64,000 nt of DNA, taken from Pelagomonas calceolata. Lineage: Eukaryota. The first letter of the stretch is position 1, and each line of letters starts with the position of its first letter. A program made the translations under genes and the position numbers. This document shows positions 58,212 to 64,000 of the stretch, one piece after another. Location: assembly GCA_918797485.1 (NCBI GenBank), contig CAKKNE010000004.1, positions 682,001 through 746,000 of the forward strand, read 5' to 3'. The notes beneath the pieces are model-generated. The model had not been told where the DNA came from and made no database searches. It saw nothing but the letters and a program-made list of their open reading frames with translations.

Positions 58212-58759
58212 CTTTGCAATGCGCTAGGCTCCTTGCTGTGATTTGGGGCTGTAGGCGAGCGGCGACGCGCTAAGTGGCGGTCTTTGCTGGCTTGGATTTT
58301 CGCTGTGCTGGTCCGCGTCTACGCAGGCAGCGGTGAGTTTGACGGTGTCTCGCAGGTGTCTAGGTGTCTGGGAGCTACCGGAAAGAACTCTACGTGCAGC
58401 GAGCTGCTGAACGGCGAGTAATCGAGGCTGTTTTGCCAGGTCGATGCGCCAGCACGACAGCGGGGCGAAGTCACGAAAATGGTCCGAGCCTCCGCCGAAG
58501 CAGTGCTCGGGACAAGTGAGAGACGTCCTAGGGCGGCGAACGAGGCTTTCCGCGGATCGCACAAAACCCGCGCGCTTCAGTGCTTTTGCGGCACATCAGC
58601 TTGTCGAACACGCAAAACGCTGCAAACTGTCGTGAGAAGGACAGTAGTATACACCACCGACCCTCGGCAACGGCTGCTGCACAGAAATAGCAGCCAATTT
58701 GCTCTCATCTCTCACACAAGTGAGTGCTCTCCCCAGCACACACGCTCGACGCGACACAG

Positions 58760-59494
58760 ATGAAGCTCTACCTCCTCGCAGCAGCTGCCCACGCCCTCAA
58801 GGCGCCGACCAGGCGCTCACTAATAGCCGCGACAGGCGCTGCACTGGTGGCACCCCTCACGGGACAACCAGCCGTCGCCGCGAACGATGAATTAGTAGAC
58901 GTCTACTTCGGCTGCGGCTGCTTCTGGCACGTCCAGCACGAGTTTGTGGAGGCCGAAAGAAAAATTCTAGGCCGCAAAGACAAGGAACTGACGAGCAGGG
59001 CGGGCTACGCGGGCGGGAACAACGGAAAAACACAACCGTGCTACCACAACCTCCAGGGCAAGAACGACTACGGGAAATTGGGCCACGCCGAGGTCGTCGG
59101 CATGAAGATCCCGGCCTCGAAGTACGAGGACTTTGCGCGCGAGTATTTCAAGCTCCTCGGACCGGATGGAAGCCGGCCGGACCAATTTGGGGATAGAGGC
59201 CCGGAATACAGGAACTTAATAGGCGTGCCGGGCGGGAAGGAGAGCCCCTTCGTCCAGAGTCTACTGAGCGCCACGAAGAAAGAAGGCGACAAGGTCGACT
59301 TTGCGAAAGGGAAAGGTAATGATGCCGACCTGAAGGCGCTGGTCTGGATCATGGACACGGACCAACACCCGTTCTGGCGCGGCGAGACCTACCACCAGTT
59401 CCACGACGGGTTTGCCCGGGGCGAGAACTACCCGGACGCGTACAACTCGCTTCGGGACGGGCTCCTGGAGGACACGGCGTGCCCGCCCTTCTAA
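58760..59494 (+). CDS. msrA: Peptide methionine sulfoxide reductase MsrA-like protein with targeting presequence
   Basis: YFGCGCFW, AGYAGG, GHAEVV, DRGPEYR, E.YHQF motifs. Confidence 0.8.
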   Translation: MKLYLLAAAAHALKAPTRRSLIAATGAALVAPLTGQPAVAANDELVDVYFGCGCFWHVQHEFVEAERKILGRKDKELTSRAGYAGGNNGKTQPCYHNLQGKNDYGKLGHAEVVGMKIPASKYEDFAREYFKLLGPDGSRPDQFGDRGPEYRNLIGVPGGKESPFVQSLLSATKKEGDKVDFAKGKGNDADLKALVWIMDTDQHPFWRGETYHQFHDGFARGENYPDAYNSLRDGLLEDTACPPF

Positions 59495-59545
59495 GTGTGT
59501 CTTGTGGTATTTTCGCGTCGACGGCGTCACTTGTAGAAACACAAC

Positions 59546-60511
59546 CTAGGTAGTAAACCCTAGCACGCTCGCGCGCGTTTTGAGAACGCCCTGGTCGAGC
59601 TCGACGCCCTCCCGTCGCAATAACTCGCGGCCCGCGCGCACGGAGAGCAATGACCAGCGCAGCAGCAACAGATCCCGCTCCTCCACGGTCAAATCGGGCA
59701 CCAAGGCTCCCTTCGCATCCACGTGAGCTAAAGCAGCCCCGACCGAGACACTTAAATTCAGCGACTCCGCGAGGCCCCGCATGGGCAATCTCACTCTGAC
59801 ATCAGCCAGTTCTCGTAACTCGTCGGAGATGCCGACCTCCTCGTTCCCGAAGACCAGCGCATGTTTACCAGAAGCCCAATCGACCTCCGAAAAGTCGACC
59901 GCCCCTGGAGATAAATCTGTGGCCGCGACGATGCGACCCTCGCTCTTCAGCTTCGAGACCAACGCCTGGGCATCAGCATGAGCTTCCAGAGACAGCCACT
60001 TCTGGGCGCCCATCGCCGAGGTCATGCGCTTCTTGCGGCCACGCATCCTTTGGGTGGGATCGGCATGCACGCCTCGTGCCGCCGCGCGTTTCGCCGCCTC
60101 CTCCAGCGAATCCTCGACGATGTGGACATCTTGACACCCGAAGGCGTCGATAGTTCTCAGGCAGGCCCACACATTGGACGGATTGGACGGTCTCTCGAAG
60201 GCCACGGACAGGTGCCTCGTTCGTTGCTGCACGACTCGTTGGAACGTGTCCCTTCGTTCGTCCGAGACGTAGGGTGCGAGTATAGAAACAGCTCGTCTCA
60301 CCACAGCCGCGTCTCCCGTTAGTGTTACGTCCTCCTCACTGGTGTTTTCGGGGATCGGCTCCTGGCCGAACTCGCTGTACTCCTTCAGCGCTAACCGTGC
60401 TTCGTCGGAGGCGCCGACGCGCTGGCGGCGTCTTGCGGTGAGCGGTCGTCTTGAAGGTCGTGCGTAGCGCAGCGCGCGAGCGCAGGCGAAGAGGAGCATG
60501 GCGCTGCGCAT
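59546..60511 (-). CDS. SpoU/TrmH-family RNA 2'-O-methyltransferase
   Basis: NPSNVWACLRTIDAFG, SAMGAQKW, LVFGNEEVGIS, LPMRGLAESLNLSVS. Confidence 0.85.
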   Translation of the reverse strand: MRSAMLLFACARALRYARPSRRPLTARRRQRVGASDEARLALKEYSEFGQEPIPENTSEEDVTLTGDAAVVRRAVSILAPYVSDERRDTFQRVVQQRTRHLSVAFERPSNPSNVWACLRTIDAFGCQDVHIVEDSLEEAAKRAAARGVHADPTQRMRGRKKRMTSAMGAQKWLSLEAHADAQALVSKLKSEGRIVAATDLSPGAVDFSEVDWASGKHALVFGNEEVGISDELRELADVRVRLPMRGLAESLNLSVSVGAALAHVDAKGALVPDLTVEERDLLLLRWSLLSVRAGRELLRREGVELDQGVLKTRASVLGFTT

Positions 60512-60909
60512 CACTGCTTTTCGTCTCAGAGGTGTGGCAGCGCTCGGAGATGTCGTCGCGCGCTTGATCACTTAACGCGGTAGGTGTGCAGCGCCTGCGT
60601 AATGATGCAGTGTTGTCTATTATGCCCTTGTAAGCATGCACTTCACAACTACTTCACGGCAACTGCGAGCTAGCGTCGCATCGACACTAGGAATCACTCG
60701 AGCTCTCCTGCCAAGTATTGCTTGCTACAGCGCGCGCTGCCACAATTACGAGGCATCACGTTCTAGCAACAGCCATCTCATCAGCTAAAACGACCAGCGC
60801 GTCTCCGCGACGCCGAACGACGCGAGAAAGGTCAAGTAGGCGATTCGCTCTCCTAGCTGCGGTTACGCGGACGCTCATAACCTACAGTGAAACACAAAAA
60901 AAAGAAGCC

Positions 60910-61293
60910 ATGTCCTGCTGCCCCTACGCCGCCTGCACCTACGCCGCGCCACTCATAGTGGCGGCGCCGACGCTCGTCGCGAGAATAAGGGCCCAGTCGC
61001 CAACTAGAAAAGCAGCCCTGCTCGCGGCCCTGCCCGTCTTATCTCTGGTGATGTGGTACGCGCTGCGCCCCGAAGAATGCCTGAAATTCGCCGAGGGCGT
61101 CGGCCGCTGCAAGGAGGCGCAGTACACGCTCTCCGCGGGCGCCTTCGCGTACGCCTACGTCGTCTACCAGACGGCGACGGCGCCACCGGCCGCCGTCGAC
61201 GCGGAGCCCCGGAAGCCTACAGCCTGCCCCTTCTCGGGCAAGGGCGGCGACGCGAGCGCGTGCCCGGCGGCGGGCGGCAAGGTCGTCGGCTAA
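60910..61293 (+). CDS. Small hypothetical membrane protein
   Basis: ATG 60910; hydrophobic segments; C-terminal ACPF/ACPA motifs; GC3-rich codons. Confidence 0.55.
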   Translation: MSCCPYAACTYAAPLIVAAPTLVARIRAQSPTRKAALLAALPVLSLVMWYALRPEECLKFAEGVGRCKEAQYTLSAGAFAYAYVVYQTATAPPAAVDAEPRKPTACPFSGKGGDASACPAAGGKVVG

Positions 61294-62131
61294 TTTTCTT
61301 GTGATTCTATGAAGGCGCTAGTTGTGTGATAGAGGAAGTTGTCTCATCATTACGCTGGAATGGTCCTGGAAAGGAGTAAGAGAGACCCGAAGACGGGAAG
61401 GGTATGATTTCCGGAAGGCGCCGCCGCGCGGCTCGATGGACAGAGGAGGGGGACCATGGGCAGAGGAGCGAGGGGGTGAGGGCGGCGGGTGCTATAGCTC
61501 ACGTATGGAGATTGGTGAGGAAGAGGTGTTCAAAACGGCCGGGTTTCGCGTGCGAGAGGCCGAAGCACAAGGTCTATGCGTTGACGCGGACCGTGACGAC
61601 GCGCGTCGCGCCGTCGAAGGGGTCGCGGATGGCCTTGTCGCGGAGCGTCACGAAAATACCAGGGGCGACCTCCAACCGGTAAGGCGGCAGCCAGGCGGCC
61701 CGGGGCTGCTTCGAGAGCTCGGCCTCGGCGACGACGGCCTCCAACGACGCTAAGTGGGTCGGCGAGGGCATGAAGACGCCGTCGCCGTTGAAGAAGAGTA
61801 GTGACAGAGCGAGGTGGCGCGGGGTCATGTCCCGACATTCGGGGACCTGCTCGGTTGCAGCTAACTTTGCGCGCGTCGGCGGCGTCGGCTTGCGCTATGC
61901 GAGAACAATGCAAGTGCAGAGGTACTTTCTACGTGTTAATGACGTTTTTGCCGGATTGCGCCCCTGATCGGGGCGATTTAGGAGGCTGGCGTCGGATGAC
62001 TTACCTTTTCTCACTGGTTCCCCCACGTGCATCCATCAACACCAAAACACAAAAATACGGATCCAACCGTACAAAGAGACGCGGAGACGCCTCTGTCCTC
62101 TTCAGGACGCGCAAATCCAGCAGACGCGCGT

Positions 62132-62737
62132 TTACCGCGCCGTCACCGCGGCGGGACGAAATCCTGAGTCAGACGGCACCAACTGGCCGGCGTCATCATC
62201 GGCCGCCGGCGCCGGTGCAGCTGCAGGTGGGGCGGCCGTGACGTCGGGCGCGCTCGGCGGCGGCGGCGGCAGGCTCTGGAGGCTGTCGAGTGGCGGTGCG
62301 ATGACTTGTTGCGGTGACGGCGGTAGCGCCGCTAAGCCCGCGGCCCTGAGTTTTCTCCACTTCACCTCGACGCCGTTCGCCGTCCGGCCTGTCCCCAGCC
62401 GCGCGGCGATGGTCGCCCACGCGTCGTTTCCGAGCTCGCCGACGAGCGTTCGTAGGCTCGTTTCCTCTTCGTGCGTCCAGCGCGGCGGCCGCGTCGTCGC
62501 GAGCGACGGCTCAGTCGGCGGGAAGCGCGGCGGCGGCGCGTCGGCCGTCGGGGCTCCAGGCCCTATCGTCTGCTGCTTCACGCGGCGCTTCTTCGGCGGC
62601 GCGGCGTCGGCTACGGGTGCTGGGGGATCGGCCTCGGCGGTCGTCGCCGGCTCGGTGACCGTCGCCGCCGGCGCGGCCGCGGGCTCTGTGTCTTCCATCG
62701 TGGGCGGTCCGGCCGACGCAGCGGGCTCGGTCGACAT
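62132..62737 (-). CDS. Myb/SANT-domain protein
   Basis: RWTHEEETSLRTLVGELG..AWATIAARLGTGRTANGVEVKWRKL. Confidence 0.75.
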   Translation of the reverse strand: MSTEPAASAGPPTMEDTEPAAAPAATVTEPATTAEADPPAPVADAAPPKKRRVKQQTIGPGAPTADAPPPRFPPTEPSLATTRPPRWTHEEETSLRTLVGELGNDAWATIAARLGTGRTANGVEVKWRKLRAAGLAALPPSPQQVIAPPLDSLQSLPPPPPSAPDVTAAPPAAAPAPAADDDAGQLVPSDSGFRPAAVTAR

Positions 62738-63053
62738 CACTAATAACAGAGCGAGTAAAGCGCGCGCGCTCGGCTAGCTGAAAGCGCTCGCTGGCGAGCT
62801 TGAGCTCTTAGAGCTCTCTGATCTGATCAATGGTTTGCGAGACGCCTGGCTGTCGCCGAGGGTCGCTAGGAGATTTCGAGCGTGCCAACTATACTCGGCG
62901 TGGGTGAAAGGACGTGACGAGCTACGCGCGTCGTTTTTTGCGGCTGTAAAACCCGTTTTGATCTTCGTTCCTCACTTATCAGGACGGGCGCTTCATTCCA
63001 CACGAGTGACTATAATTCACAATAATTACATGGGGGTGCCCACGAGGCAGCCG

Positions 63054-63938
63054 TCACCAGTCGCCGCTGAGCCCGAGCGCGCTCGCGACGGCCCGCCGCG
63101 ACCGCAGCTGCTTCGGGTGGCCCGCCAAGTGGTAGTAGTAGTCCAGGTGCCCTTTCAATTCCCCGACGTCCGCACGGCGCGTCGCCGAAATCCGCACGTC
63201 GCGCGACGCCCTCGTCATGACCTCCCGCGGCGCGCCGCAGGTCTTCTCGAGGAACCCGAGCAGCTTCGCGCGCGCCTGCTCGATCTCCGCCTCGTCCGCT
63301 TGGGACGGCGCGACGGACGGCGGCGTCGCGTCGTCACTGGCGTTGGCCTCGTCGTCGCTCGCCGCGGTGTCGCCCTCGAGTCTGACGGAAACGCCGTCGC
63401 GCGCGAGCTCCAGGCACTTCTCGAGGTAGCCCACCAAACTCGCCATCGAGCGGATGTACTTTTTGCAGCCGCGCGCGTGCGAGTTGTCCGCGCCCCACGC
63501 ATCCAAGTAGCAGGGCCACGCCGGCGGCACCGAGATCACGCATCGCGTGCCGTTGAGCGGCAGGCTGCCGGTCCACGTGAAGCCGCGGGCCGCGATCGCC
63601 GGCCGGACGTCCTCGAGGCTCACGCGCTCCGCGCCGTCCTCGAGGGCCCGGACCTCTCTCAATAATGAACGTACGTCGGCGGCCCAGGCCACGGGCGCCG
63701 CGCCGACGCCTTGCCGCGCCATGAGCTTGCGCAGCTGCGCGCCCGTCATGGCCTCCAGAGCGGCATCGGCCGGCGGCGTCGGCGACCGAGCCCTCTTCCG
63801 CGGCGGCCGCGGCGACGAGGAAGAGGACCGCGGCAGCGCGTCGCGCGCGAGCGACAGCGCCGTCGGCTCGCGGAGGCGCCCGCCCTTGTTCTGCTCGCCG
63901 CGCAGCGCGCGCTGGGACACCGTGAACTCGCCGCGCAA
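63054..63938 (-). CDS. Hypothetical protein with C-terminal MBD-like motif (5' end probably beyond the window)
   Basis: GHLDYYYHLAGHPKQLRSRRAV resembles the MBD D.YY..P.GK..RS core. Confidence 0.45.
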   Translation of the reverse strand: MRGEFTVSQRALRGEQNKGGRLREPTALSLARDALPRSSSSSPRPPRKRARSPTPPADAALEAMTGAQLRKLMARQGVGAAPVAWAADVRSLLREVRALEDGAERVSLEDVRPAIAARGFTWTGSLPLNGTRCVISVPPAWPCYLDAWGADNSHARGCKKYIRSMASLVGYLEKCLELARDGVSVRLEGDTAASDDEANASDDATPPSVAPSQADEAEIEQARAKLLGFLEKTCGAPREVMTRASRDVRISATRRADVGELKGHLDYYYHLAGHPKQLRSRRAVASALGLSGDW

Positions 63939-64000
63939 GCGCTTTACTAATGAAGGCGGCAGCTCCGCGTCGTGCGGCAGATCATTTAAAGCCTGGGCCC

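Noticed and set aside
58145..58219. ORF-track N-terminus of the desaturase (MQRWVKV...)
   Set aside because: It reads through the 211-nt intron; the true exon 1 (MGKGG...) is in another frame.
61490..61828. Short - strand ORF with coding-like sequence past its stop
   Set aside because: No recognisable family; cannot distinguish a pseudogene fragment from chance.
1..64000. tRNA/rRNA genes and an autonomous transposase
   Set aside because: None recognisable by eye; the mobiliser of the introner family is not evident in this window.

Overview
GC-rich, very gene-dense eukaryotic DNA with short spliceosomal introns. It is most consistent with a pelagophyte alga (Pelagomonas/Aureococcus-like); this is an inference from gene content and intron style. 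About 25 protein-coding loci are present. They include Las1, a signal-peptide TPR/GT41 glycosyltransferase, two giant DUF285/BspA-type surface proteins, an inositol-phosphate-synthase/PfkB-kinase fusion, TspO, MTFP1, a mastigoneme-type EGF protein, DOT1, an Nma111 protease, a front-end (delta-6-like) desaturase, MsrA and TrmH. The main non-gene structure is a family of intron-generating DNA elements (introners). They have 15-bp terminal inverted repeats (TIRs; CTGTGTGGAAATCAA...TTGATTTCCACACAG) and 8-bp target-site duplications (TSDs). The TSD supplies the GT donor and the TIR supplies the AG acceptor. One copy (25058-25193) is chimeric: it joins orphan 3' exons of two unrelated genes at the edge of a ~0.9-kb segmental duplication whose copies differ in intron content. 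All six intact intronic copies have mutated the same donor-side TIR base. All intron boundaries were read by eye and lack transcript support.
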